Below are positions 1 through 8,598 of a DNA stretch of 64,000 nt, one piece after another (the stretch's first letter is position 1; each line of letters starts with the position of its first letter). The notes under the pieces are model-generated. The model searched no databases, had not been told where the DNA came from, and saw only the letters and a list, made by a program, of their open reading frames with translations. The DNA comes from an uncultured delta proteobacterium (GTDB taxonomy: Bacteria; Desulfobacterota; Binatia; Binatales; Binataceae): positions 1,344,001 through 1,408,000 of the forward strand of contig CAWJET010000001.1 of NCBI GenBank assembly GCA_963842085.1. The letters are read 5' to 3'. A program made the position numbers and the translations under genes.

Positions 1-617
1 GACACCGGCGCCGTGTTCTGCGCAATATCCAGCGCCATCTCGCGCACCCTGGTCATGAACTCGGCGTCGGGCCAGACGTGGCTCACGATGCCGAACTCGA
101 GCGCCTCGCGCGCGCTGATAATCCGCCCGGTCATCAGCAGTTCGTTGGCCTTGGCCACGCCGATCATTCGCGGGACGGTCCACAGGCTGAGCGCCTCCGG
201 AACGACTCCGCGGCGCACGAACACGAAACCGATTCGCGCGCTCTCGGCCGCGACCCGGATGTCCCATTGCATCGGCAGCGTGATTCCCATTCCGACCGCC
301 GGCCCGTTGATCGCCGCGATGATCGGTTTGCGCACGTTCCACGGCCGAATCGCGGGCGCCGGACGTTGGCGGCGCTCGGCGCGCGCGTCGGCGTCGAAGG
401 TATTGCCGCCGCCCGACAGGTCCGCGCCCGCGCTGAACGCGCGGCCCGCGCCGGTGACAACGATCACGCGCACGTCGTCATCCTTGTCGTATTCGGCGAA
501 CGACGCGTACAGGTCCGCGGCCATGGTGCCCGAGAATGCGTTGAGTTTCTCGGGGCGATTGAGCGTGACCGTGGCGACGCCGTCTTTCACTTCCTTCAAA
601 ATGTGTCCGCTGGCCAT
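1..617 (-). CDS. Enoyl-CoA hydratase/isomerase (crotonase) family, runs off the window start
   Basis: Hand translation from ATG 617: MASGHILKEVKDGVATVTLNRPEKLNA..VIVVTGAGRAFSAGADL..KPIIAAINGPAVGMG; not in the ORF track because its stop lies outside the window. Confidence 0.9.
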   Translation of the reverse strand, partial: MASGHILKEVKDGVATVTLNRPEKLNAFSGTMAADLYASFAEYDKDDDVRVIVVTGAGRAFSAGADLSGGGNTFDADARAERRQRPAPAIRPWNVRKPIIAAINGPAVGMGITLPMQWDIRVAAESARIGFVFVRRGVVPEALSLWTVPRMIGVAKANELLMTGRIISAREALEFGIVSHVWPDAEFMTRVREMALDIAQNTAPV

Positions 618-641
618 GTGAGTTGCCCTCTCTTGTTTCAG

Positions 642-1454
642 TTACTTCTTCAGATCCAGATTTTGCGCATCGGCGAACGACATCATCTGACTGACTTGTT
701 CGCGGACCAGCTCGGGATTGTTGCCCGCCGCTTTGTCGAGCTCGCCGATCTCCTCGGGAACGTACCAATGCAGCTTGTCGGAGTGATAGGCCTCCCAGAC
801 AACCTTCGCGACTTCGATCGGCGGAATCAGCCGGAACATCCCCTCTTTCGGCGCGCGCTCGGCGGTTCCCGGCGGGAGGATCGCCGTATCGATCAGACCC
901 GGCAGCGTGTCGGCCGCACGCACGCCGTAGCGGCGGAACTCGATCGACAGCGCCTCGGTCAATCCCTTGACCGCGTGCTTGGTGGCGGAATACACGGCGA
1001 TTCCCGGCATCCCGTACGTTGCCGAGGATGACGACGTCGTGAAGCAGAGCGAGCCCGGCGTCGCCTTGAGCAGACCGATCGCGGAATGAATCCCGTTGAG
1101 CACGCCGATGAAGTTCACGCGCACGACGCGGATGATGTCCTCGAACGGCTGTTCATCGAAGAAGCCGCCGACGCCGATGCCGGCATTGTTATACAGGATG
1201 TCCATCTTGCCGCCGGTCGCCGCGCCGAATTCCGCCAGCGCGCGCTCGTAGTCGGGCTTGTCGGTCACGTCGAGCCGCCGCACGACGCAGTTGTCGGCGC
1301 CCAATTCCTTCTCAAGCGCGCGCAATCCGTCGGCGTTAACGTCGTAAGCGCCGATGAACCATCCTTTCTCGCGGAACAGGCGCGCGGTCTCGCGGCCCAT
1401 TCCGGATGCGGCGCCGGTAATGAAGATCGATTTGCGGCCGTTGGCGGTTCCCAT
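642..1454 (-). CDS. Short-chain dehydrogenase/reductase (SDR)
   Basis: TGAASGMG, NNAG and YSATK motifs. Confidence 0.92.
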   Translation of the reverse strand: MGTANGRKSIFITGAASGMGRETARLFREKGWFIGAYDVNADGLRALEKELGADNCVVRRLDVTDKPDYERALAEFGAATGGKMDILYNNAGIGVGGFFDEQPFEDIIRVVRVNFIGVLNGIHSAIGLLKATPGSLCFTTSSSSATYGMPGIAVYSATKHAVKGLTEALSIEFRRYGVRAADTLPGLIDTAILPPGTAERAPKEGMFRLIPPIEVAKVVWEAYHSDKLHWYVPEEIGELDKAAGNNPELVREQVSQMMSFADAQNLDLKK

Positions 1455-1515
1455 AGAATTCTCCGGCAGGTGTTACTCAGCCTCGAACATAGTCGAAGTT
1501 CGAGGCGGCTGGCGA

Positions 1516-1802
1516 ATGGAATGCTTCGTCTACATCCTCGGTAGTTGCGGTCCCGATGGATATCGAACGTACGTCGGATGGACCAACGATCTCGAGCGAC
1601 GGCTCGCGCGACATAACGCAGGCACCGGCGCGCGCTCGACGCGCGGCCGCGTATGGTTCCTGCTGTACGCCGAGCGCCACGACTCGCGCGAGGAAGCGAT
1701 GAGCCGGGAGTGGCAGAGGAAGCGATGAGCCGGGAGTGGCATCTGAAGAGGAACCGAAGGTTTCGAAAGAGGCTGACGCTCGCAAGCCTGGAAACGGCGT
1801 GA
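1516..1802 (+). pseudogene. Small GIY-YIG nuclease (UPF0213/YazA-like), frameshifted near its C-terminus
   Basis: MECFVYIL..TYVGWTNDLERRLARHNAGTGARSTRGR..EAMSREW; a 26-bp duplication gives a stop at 1728; without it the ORF reads to TGA at 1800-1802. Confidence 0.8.
1690..1741 (+). repeat. Perfect 26-bp tandem duplication GAGGAAGCGATGAGCCGGGAGTGGCA x2
   Basis: Copies at 1690-1715 and 1716-1741. Confidence 0.97.
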
Positions 1803-2165
1803 TACAGCATCTACAGGGACCGCCTTTGGTCGACATCGGTCCAATTTCGGGCAACGCAAATCTGGCGAAAACTTCCAAATTCAGCCATTAGTGGTAGTCT
1901 GGCGAAGGCGGTACCACAATCGGTGGCTTCGTTCCGTCAAATTTAGTTTTTCGGAAACCTGACGGCCGATGCCGAGTGATGTTCGCGAAGATGCGGTGCG
2001 TCCGGTGAGTTCGGATGTTGATGAGCGTTGTCCATAGGGATCACATAGCACGTCAGGTTCGGGCGCGAGCAGGCTGAATAGTTCACCCCAGAAACCGAGC
2101 ACGAAATCGGATACAGCAGCTCCCTAACAGAGCACTGGCGGACACAGAATCATGAATCGCGCGCG

Positions 2166-2648
2166 CTATTTCCTGAAATCGATTGGTTGCGGGCAGGCGG
2201 AGCCGCCGGCGTTGTAGGCGTAAACCATTTCGCCGCCCAAGTCTGCGCCCGCCGCTATCAGCAACATGACTGCTACGAGGCCGGCGAGGAATAGGTAGCG
2301 GAAACGGGTTGGCATCGGGCGCGCCGCGAGCGCCCATATCGTCAGAACGCCGGTCACCGACGATGCCGCGACCATCAAATGCTTATGATGCTGCAGGAGT
2401 TCGTGGCGGACTGATTCCGAGACCATCAGGCCCGGCGCCGCATAGAAGCCGCTGGCGACGGTTAATCCCGCGCTGAGCGCGCCCAGCATCAGCATCCAGA
2501 GCGCGGTCCATTGAAGGCGCTCGCTCGCGCTGATCCATGCAAGGAAATAGAGCAGCGTGGCGCCGTACAGGAACGCGATCGGAAAATGCACTAACAGCGG
2601 ATGGTAATTCTGCAGCTGCGACGCGCCCGGCAGAATTCGTTGCAGCAC
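2166..2648 (-). CDS. DUF2231-family membrane protein
   Basis: HPLLVHFPIA motif, about 4 TM helices, C-terminal GGEMVY. Confidence 0.8.
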   Translation of the reverse strand: MLQRILPGASQLQNYHPLLVHFPIAFLYGATLLYFLAWISASERLQWTALWMLMLGALSAGLTVASGFYAAPGLMVSESVRHELLQHHKHLMVAASSVTGVLTIWALAARPMPTRFRYLFLAGLVAVMLLIAAGADLGGEMVYAYNAGGSACPQPIDFRK

Positions 2649-2682
2649 GACGCTTTTTCGCTGTTGGCCCGCGGCTAGTACG

Positions 2683-3060
2683 CTATTTCACGGACTCGAC
2701 GACAATGAATTCCGTACCGTTCTTGCTGTATTCCTTGCCGGTCACTGTCACCTCATCTTCCATGTGCTTGATGACGCTTTCGGGAATCGGCGACGCGTCT
2801 TTGGGCGGCAACAGGACGTAGGATTTGTCGGTTCCTTTTTCGATAAGGATTACCGGAATCCCACTGGATGCGCATTTCATCGCGCACTGCTTGTGGCCCG
2901 GGCCCTTGGCGCCCATGGTGCCGTAGCAGTACGCGTCTTCGAGATTGCCAGTGACAGACTTCTCGCCGCCCTCGGCCGCGGTCGCCGCCGGCGCGGCCGC
3001 CACCGCAGCCAGTCCAATTGTAACAACGATTCCCAGTCCGAAAGTCGCCAGACGATTCAT
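2683..3060 (-). CDS. Secreted hypothetical protein with Cys/His motif (CYG..HKQCAMKC)
   Basis: Ala-rich signal peptide, SD GGAGG, beta-rich C-terminal part. Confidence 0.75.
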   Translation of the reverse strand: MNRLATFGLGIVVTIGLAAVAAAPAATAAEGGEKSVTGNLEDAYCYGTMGAKGPGHKQCAMKCASSGIPVILIEKGTDKSYVLLPPKDASPIPESVIKHMEDEVTVTGKEYSKNGTEFIVVESVK

Positions 3061-3089
3061 GATTCACCTCCGAAGTAATGTAGTAGCGA

Positions 3090-3290
3090 TCAGTGAGAAG
3101 CGGTGTGAAGCATGCAATGCGCGCCCATAGCGTGGCTGCCGCCCTTGCAACACGAGGAGTTCGGGCAGCACGCTTCCTTTTTCACGCAGCACTCCGGGGT
3201 GTCCGACGGACGCGTGCCACCGGCGGAGGTCATTGCAAACGGCGCGGCCATCACGGTCGCGAGCACAGCCATCAGCGCAAATTTCTTCAT
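3090..3290 (-). CDS. Small secreted Cys/His-rich protein (metallothionein-like composition)
   Basis: MKKFALMAVLATVMAAPFA signal peptide, then CCVKKEACCPNSSCC..HAMGAHCMLH; SD-like AGGGG. Confidence 0.65.
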   Translation of the reverse strand: MKKFALMAVLATVMAAPFAMTSAGGTRPSDTPECCVKKEACCPNSSCCKGGSHAMGAHCMLHTASH

Positions 3291-3317
3291 GATGAAGTCC
3301 CCTACCAATATTTCAGT

Positions 3318-4301
3318 TCAGCGTCTATACGAGCGCGCCTCGACCGTCGAGCCGACGTCGCCGCCGCCGAACATTTCACGCCATCCCTTGCGCCGCGCGC
3401 CGGGCAACTTCGCGCCCAGCTTTCGCAGATGCAGCTCGAGGAGCTGCTTGAGTTCGTCGTTGAGCCGCTCGATTTCGACTTCCTCGGGCATCTTGGTCCG
3501 CGGCTGCCCTTCGGTAATTCCGCCGCGGCGCCGGCCGTAAAGCTGCTGCAGGCGCAACTCGGCCTTCGCGAACATCGCCTTGTATTTGTAGTCGAGCCGG
3601 CTGAGCGCGTCGGTCATAGCGGCCAGCGCCACGAACCTGCGCCGCATCCGCCACCATTCGAACATCGTCACCAGCATCACGCCGAACATGAACAGCGCCA
3701 AGATCCCCAGGCTGACGGCGGTCCCGCGCCACCAGGGCAGCAACTTGACGCCGAGCTGCAAGTCCTGGTTGTCGCCAGTCAGTTGCTGGAGCTGGGTCTG
3801 GAGCGATTTGACCTGCTCCTCCGCCGAATCGGATTTCTGCTCCGCCGCCTGCTGCTGCGCGCTCAGCGTCTCGACCTGCGACTTGAGCGTGTTGACCTCG
3901 GTGGTGAAGGGATGCGGCACCTTCAGCACCTCGTCCACGTCGAGCTCGTCGTCAACATGCATCCGGTTGGCGCGCGCGAGCTCATCGGGCGTGATCCCGA
4001 ACATCTGCGCGATCGCGCCGATCGAATCGCCGGGGCGAACCGTGTACGGGATGATGTTGGCGGGATGGTCCGGCCTGACGACGGGCTTTGGCGCCGATTC
4101 GTCGGCGGGCGCGTCAGTGTCGCGAGCTTCGGACGGTTCGGCCGCGCCCGGCGGACGGACCACTCGCGAGGGCGGCGCGGAGGGCGGAATGGTGCTCTCG
4201 TTAAAGTCGGACTGAGCGAACGCAAGTCCGCAACCGGCAACGATAAACGCCGCCGCGAGGGCCAGTCCGGATAGCGTTGAGCAGAACCGACGCGCGCTCA
4301 T
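3318..4301 (-). CDS. LysM-domain protein with coiled coil and TM helix
   Basis: YTVRPGDSIGAIAQMFGITPDELARANR LysM, Q-rich coiled coil, one TM segment. Confidence 0.85.
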   Translation of the reverse strand: MSARRFCSTLSGLALAAAFIVAGCGLAFAQSDFNESTIPPSAPPSRVVRPPGAAEPSEARDTDAPADESAPKPVVRPDHPANIIPYTVRPGDSIGAIAQMFGITPDELARANRMHVDDELDVDEVLKVPHPFTTEVNTLKSQVETLSAQQQAAEQKSDSAEEQVKSLQTQLQQLTGDNQDLQLGVKLLPWWRGTAVSLGILALFMFGVMLVTMFEWWRMRRRFVALAAMTDALSRLDYKYKAMFAKAELRLQQLYGRRRGGITEGQPRTKMPEEVEIERLNDELKQLLELHLRKLGAKLPGARRKGWREMFGGGDVGSTVEARSYRR

Positions 4302-4378
4302 GATACACGTCCCCTTTGGCTACGAGCCCATTCCAGTATCTATCAGATTGCGCTCAGGGTCTAGGACGTAGCAATCAT

Positions 4379-5356
4379 CTACGAGCGCGACGGTGGATGC
4401 AGGGCAGCGTAGGCAGCGCCGACTACGCCGCCGCGCGGGCCGAGCGCCGCACGCACGATCTTCGCCTGCGATGCGATCGCGGTGAAGGCTCGCTCGCGCA
4501 CCTGGGCGGTCATGGTTTTGCGCATGTATGGCAGCGCGCCGCGAACGCCGCCGCCGATCACGACCAACTCGGGATTGAAGATATTGAGAAAGGACGCAAT
4601 CGCGATTCCCAGGTAATGGCCGGCAGTCGCGAACGCCTCGAGCGCGAGCGGGTCGCCGCGGCGAGCCTGCGCCGACAGTCCGCGCACCGAGAAATTGCCT
4701 TCGGAATCGACGATTTGCGCGGGTAGCGGCGTACCCGGCGGCAGTCCCAGGCGTTCCTCGACCAGGCCGCGCAGCCCCGAGGCCGAGGCGTACGACTCAA
4801 GGCATCCGTGCGAGCCGCAGTCGCATGGCGGACCGTCGGGAGCGACGGTGACGTGCCCCAATTCACCCGCCATCCCGCTCAGCCCATGGACCAGTTTGCC
4901 GCCGACGATCAGTCCGCCGCCGACCCCGGTGCCAAGCGTCAGCAGCACGACGTCGCGGCGCCCGCGCGCGGCGCCGCGCCAGTATTCGCCGAGCGCCCAC
5001 GCGTTGGCGTCGTTGTCAACGACGACCTTGCGCCCGACGAGCGCTTCGAGCTTGCTGCGCAACGGATATCCGCGCCATGCGGCGACATGCGGCGCCTGCA
5101 TCACGGTTCCCGAGTACACGTTCAGCGGTCCCGGCACCGCGACTCCGATCGCTCGCGGCGAACCGAATCCGCGGCGGCGCGCGGTGCCGAGCAGATGAGC
5201 GAGCTGAGCGGCGATATTTTCAGCGACGGCTGCGGCTTGCCGCGAGGCAAGCGACGGCCCGTGCTCCATCAGGATCACGTCGCCGCCGGTGGACACGGCT
5301 GCGCATCGGATATTGGTACCACCCATATCCAAGCCGACCGCCCATGCGCGCGTCAT
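4379..5356 (-). CDS. ROK-family sugar kinase (glucokinase-like)
   Basis: GLDMGGT, DNDANA, GELGH and CDCGSHGCLE. Confidence 0.92.
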   Translation of the reverse strand: MTRAWAVGLDMGGTNIRCAAVSTGGDVILMEHGPSLASRQAAAVAENIAAQLAHLLGTARRRGFGSPRAIGVAVPGPLNVYSGTVMQAPHVAAWRGYPLRSKLEALVGRKVVVDNDANAWALGEYWRGAARGRRDVVLLTLGTGVGGGLIVGGKLVHGLSGMAGELGHVTVAPDGPPCDCGSHGCLESYASASGLRGLVEERLGLPPGTPLPAQIVDSEGNFSVRGLSAQARRGDPLALEAFATAGHYLGIAIASFLNIFNPELVVIGGGVRGALPYMRKTMTAQVRERAFTAIASQAKIVRAALGPRGGVVGAAYAALHPPSRS

Positions 5357-6225
5357 TTTCCGGACTTGCCCGGGAACTTCATCAGCGCGAGATATTCGCG
5401 ATTTCCGGCCCTGCCTTCAATCGGCGATTCGAGCGTGCCGGCCACGTCGAGACCGATACTGCCGGCGAACTCGACGATCCCCGCGACCGCTTCGCGCCGG
5501 AGCTTTTCTTCCTTGACGATACCGCCCTTGCCGACCTTGCCCTTGCCGACTTCGAACTGCGGTTTGATCAGCGCGACTATCTCTGCGCCCGGCGCGACCA
5601 GAGCCAGCACCGCCGGAAGCACCAGCCGCAGCGAAATGAAACTGGTGTCGATCGTCACCAGCTCTGGCGCGTGGGGCAAGTCGGCGGGCGAGGCGAGCCG
5701 GATATTCATGCGATCGAGCACGGTGACGCGCGGATCCTCGCGCAACTTGAGCGCGAGCTGTCCGTAGCCGACGTCCATCGCGATGACGGCCCTGGCGCCG
5801 CGGCGCAGCAGCACGTCGGTGAAGCCGCCGGTCGATGCGCCGACGTCCATGGCGAGCTTGCCTTCGACCGAGAGACCGAAATGCTCGAGCGCGGCGATGA
5901 GCTTGTAGGCTCCGCGCGAGGCGAACTGCGGCGCACCGGCCATGAGCGCGATGGGGGTTTCGGAATCGACCTTGAGGTCGGCCTTGTAGGCCGGGCGCGA
6001 GTTGACGCGCACACGCCCCGCCATTATCAGGCGCTGGGCGATTTCGCGGCTGTCCGCGAGACCGCGGCGCGCCATTTCGGCGTCGAGCCTGAAGCGGGCC
6101 AACGGCGCGGACAGGCGCCGCGTCCTGGGCTTGGGTTTCGCGCCGGAACCGTTGTTAGAAGGGTGTTTCGTCGTCGTCCTCCGCGCCGGCGGGGTTTTCG
6201 TTTTCGTGGTCAGGCGATGCTTCAA
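5353..6225 (-). CDS. tlyA: TlyA-family rRNA methyltransferase
   Basis: S4 domain, SRGAYKL, DVGASTGGFTD, LIKPQFE; exact start uncertain. Confidence 0.93.
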   Translation of the reverse strand: MKHRLTTKTKTPPARRTTTKHPSNNGSGAKPKPRTRRLSAPLARFRLDAEMARRGLADSREIAQRLIMAGRVRVNSRPAYKADLKVDSETPIALMAGAPQFASRGAYKLIAALEHFGLSVEGKLAMDVGASTGGFTDVLLRRGARAVIAMDVGYGQLALKLREDPRVTVLDRMNIRLASPADLPHAPELVTIDTSFISLRLVLPAVLALVAPGAEIVALIKPQFEVGKGKVGKGGIVKEEKLRREAVAGIVEFAGSIGLDVAGTLESPIEGRAGNREYLALMKFPGKSGK

Positions 6226-6442
6226 AGGGCGCCGTGCGCAGTTCGCCGCCGGCGCTCCGCGTTAGCAGTTCGACCTTGCGCTCGACTTCGTCGAGTTTCC
6301 CATTGAGCGTCTTCACCAGCATCACGCCGCGTTCGAAGGCTCCGATCGATTCTTCGAGCGTGAGCTCGCCCGAATCGATCTGACTGACGATCGTTTCAAG
6401 GTCCTTGAGCTCGTCCTCGAATTTTTTCGTCTTCGTGACCAT
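6155..6442 (-). CDS. xseB: Exodeoxyribonuclease VII small subunit
   Basis: KFEDELKDLETIV..LTLEESIGAFERG; follows xseA. Confidence 0.93.
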   Translation of the reverse strand: MVTKTKKFEDELKDLETIVSQIDSGELTLEESIGAFERGVMLVKTLNGKLDEVERKVELLTRSAGGELRTAPFEASPDHENENPAGAEDDDETPF

Positions 6443-6445
6443 CGT

Positions 6446-7801
6446 CTAGATTGTGCGGCCGGTCGTGCGCGCGCTGAGCCGCCCGCGGGCCAGCCTGATA
6501 TCGAGCTCGTCGTCGAGCTTCACTGTCGCCGCGTCGAGCACCGCGCGCGAGTTGCTCTTGTTGATCACGACGGCGTAACCGCGGTCGAGAACTTTCAGCG
6601 GCGACAGCGCGTCCAGCCGTCCCGCCAGCGCGCCAAGCTGACGCCGCCTGCCTTCCAACGCGGACCTCGCGCCATGAGCAAGGTTGTTGCCAAGCCGGGC
6701 GGTGCGCAGGCGAGTCTCGCGCACCATCGCGTCGGGACCGCGCAGACGCAGCCGCAATTCGCGGACACTGCGCCGCCGCTCCGCGATTCGCAACGAAACC
6801 GACTGCACGAGGTCAGCCTCGAGGTCGGCAACGCGTTCGCGCGCTTCGGCGACGATGCCGCCGGGATGACGTATGCGCTCCGCCAGGCCGTCCACCGCTT
6901 CGCGCCGCCCCGACAGTTCGCGCTCCATCACGCTCGCGAGCGACGCGCCCAGCGATGCGATACGTTCCTTCAACTCGTCGAGACTGGGCACGACCATCTG
7001 CGCGGCCGCGGTGGGAGTGGGCGCGCGCAGATCGGCGACAAAATCCGCGATGGTGTAATCAACTTCGTGACCGACGGCGGAAATCACCGGGATCGCCGAG
7101 CGGAAGATCGCGCGCGCGACGATCTCTTCGTTGAACGCCCACAAATCTTCGAGCGAGCCGCCGCCGCGCCCAACGATCAGCACCTCGGCACGCCCGTCGC
7201 GATTGAGATCTGCGATCGCGTCCGCGATCTCCTGCGCCGAGCCGTCGCCTTGCACCCGGGCGGGCCGGAAAATCACGTGCAGACTCGGAAATCGATCGAA
7301 CAGAATGCGCAGCATGTCGCGGAGTCCCGCGCCGCCGCGCGCCGTTACGATTCCAATTCGGTGCGGCAGGTACGGCATCGCGCGTTTGCGCGCCCGAGCA
7401 AACAGTCCTTCGGCCTCGAGCCGCCGCTTCAACTGCTCGAATGCGACCTGCAACGCGCCGACGCCGCGCGGCTCCATTTCCTCGGCGTAGAGCTGCAGCG
7501 CGCCGCGCTGTTCGAAGACTTGGACGCGTCCGCGAACGATCACTTCCATGCCGTCCACGGGCTTGAAGCGCATCCGGTTGAACGCCGTCTTGAACATGAC
7601 GACGTTGATCGCGCTGCGGGAGTCCTTGAGCGTGAAATAAAAATGATTCGACGGCGCCAGCCGCGCGTTCGAGATCTCGCCGACCACCCAGCACTCGCCG
7701 AGGCTGGCGTCGAGCGCGTCGCGCACCATCCGCACCAGGTCCGATACGGTGATCAGGCCGGCGCGGCGGCCGCGCAGCGAAAGATCGAGCTGCCCCTCCA
7801 T
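6446..7801 (-). CDS. xseA: Exodeoxyribonuclease VII large subunit
   Basis: GEISN, HFYFTLKD, RGGGSLEDLWAFN, SAVGHEVD, LSPLKVLDRGYA. Confidence 0.97.
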   Translation of the reverse strand: MEGQLDLSLRGRRAGLITVSDLVRMVRDALDASLGECWVVGEISNARLAPSNHFYFTLKDSRSAINVVMFKTAFNRMRFKPVDGMEVIVRGRVQVFEQRGALQLYAEEMEPRGVGALQVAFEQLKRRLEAEGLFARARKRAMPYLPHRIGIVTARGGAGLRDMLRILFDRFPSLHVIFRPARVQGDGSAQEIADAIADLNRDGRAEVLIVGRGGGSLEDLWAFNEEIVARAIFRSAIPVISAVGHEVDYTIADFVADLRAPTPTAAAQMVVPSLDELKERIASLGASLASVMERELSGRREAVDGLAERIRHPGGIVAEARERVADLEADLVQSVSLRIAERRRSVRELRLRLRGPDAMVRETRLRTARLGNNLAHGARSALEGRRRQLGALAGRLDALSPLKVLDRGYAVVINKSNSRAVLDAATVKLDDELDIRLARGRLSARTTGRTI

Positions 7802-7848
7802 GGACGATTAGCTTATCAGAAGGAGTTGCCGGACACCTATACGGCGCA

Positions 7849-8469
7849 TTAGATGAGCTTTTCGACGATTGTGCGCGCCAGCGGTTCGCGATGGCGCATC
7901 CGGCCGAGGTAGGGGACGTTCAGCAGTCGCTGCAGCGACCGCTCGGTCACTTCTGTCGCTGACGCGATGGCATCGCAATCGCAAAGTATGTAACCAGCGA
8001 CTTCGAGTCCGCGGCTCTCGCAGCGTTGAATCGCGACCATTGCCGCATCCGCACAGTCGGGGCGATTTCCCACGATCACGATGACGTCGAGGGCGAGCAT
8101 CGCGGCGAGGTCGGCAAAATCGGAGCCTGCTGCGATAGGCGTATCGATCGTGCCCTCGCTTTCGACCAGAACGACGTCGTTTTGCGCAGCTATCTTGCCG
8201 AAGCAATGCACAATATGAGCAAGGTCGGCATCCACAGATGCGACTGCCGAGCTAAAGCGATACGGACAAATCAACTCCATCGGCAGGATCGAACCAACTG
8301 CGAGCGCCAACGCTTGCGCATCCTGCGATTCAACCGTGTCGACCGGTTTCATGACGCCGACGCGCATCCCGCGCGCCCGCATCGCAAATCCAAGCGCGCA
8401 TCCTACCGTGGTCTTGCCAACTCGCGCGCCGGTACCGGTGATGAGGAATCGTCGTCGTTGTCGCATCAC
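7849..8469 (-). CDS. bioD: Dethiobiotin synthase-like protein, divergent
   Basis: ITGTGARVGKTT P-loop and VGVMKPV; the EGAGG motif is degenerate (ESEGT). Confidence 0.7.
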   Translation of the reverse strand: MMRQRRRFLITGTGARVGKTTVGCALGFAMRARGMRVGVMKPVDTVESQDAQALALAVGSILPMELICPYRFSSAVASVDADLAHIVHCFGKIAAQNDVVLVESEGTIDTPIAAGSDFADLAAMLALDVIVIVGNRPDCADAAMVAIQRCESRGLEVAGYILCDCDAIASATEVTERSLQRLLNVPYLGRMRHREPLARTIVEKLI

Positions 8470-8534
8470 GCGATCAGGCGATCATGGCCAGGACTGAATT
8501 TGCGAGCACCCGACGGCAGCGCGGCGCCCGCGTG

Positions 8535-8573
8535 AAAAAAAAACGCGCCGGAACATCCTGAGGTCCGGCGCGT
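8535..8573 (-). terminator. Rho-independent terminator after the S41 protease gene
   Basis: 10-bp stem ACGCGCCGGA/TCCGGCGCGT followed by a T-run on the minus strand. Confidence 0.85.
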
Positions 8574-8598
8574 CGCGATCTACATGTGCTGCCGTCTG

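Noticed and set aside
1803-2165. 360-bp lower-GC gap with short ORFs
   Set aside because: No recognisable protein motif, terminal repeats or RNA structure
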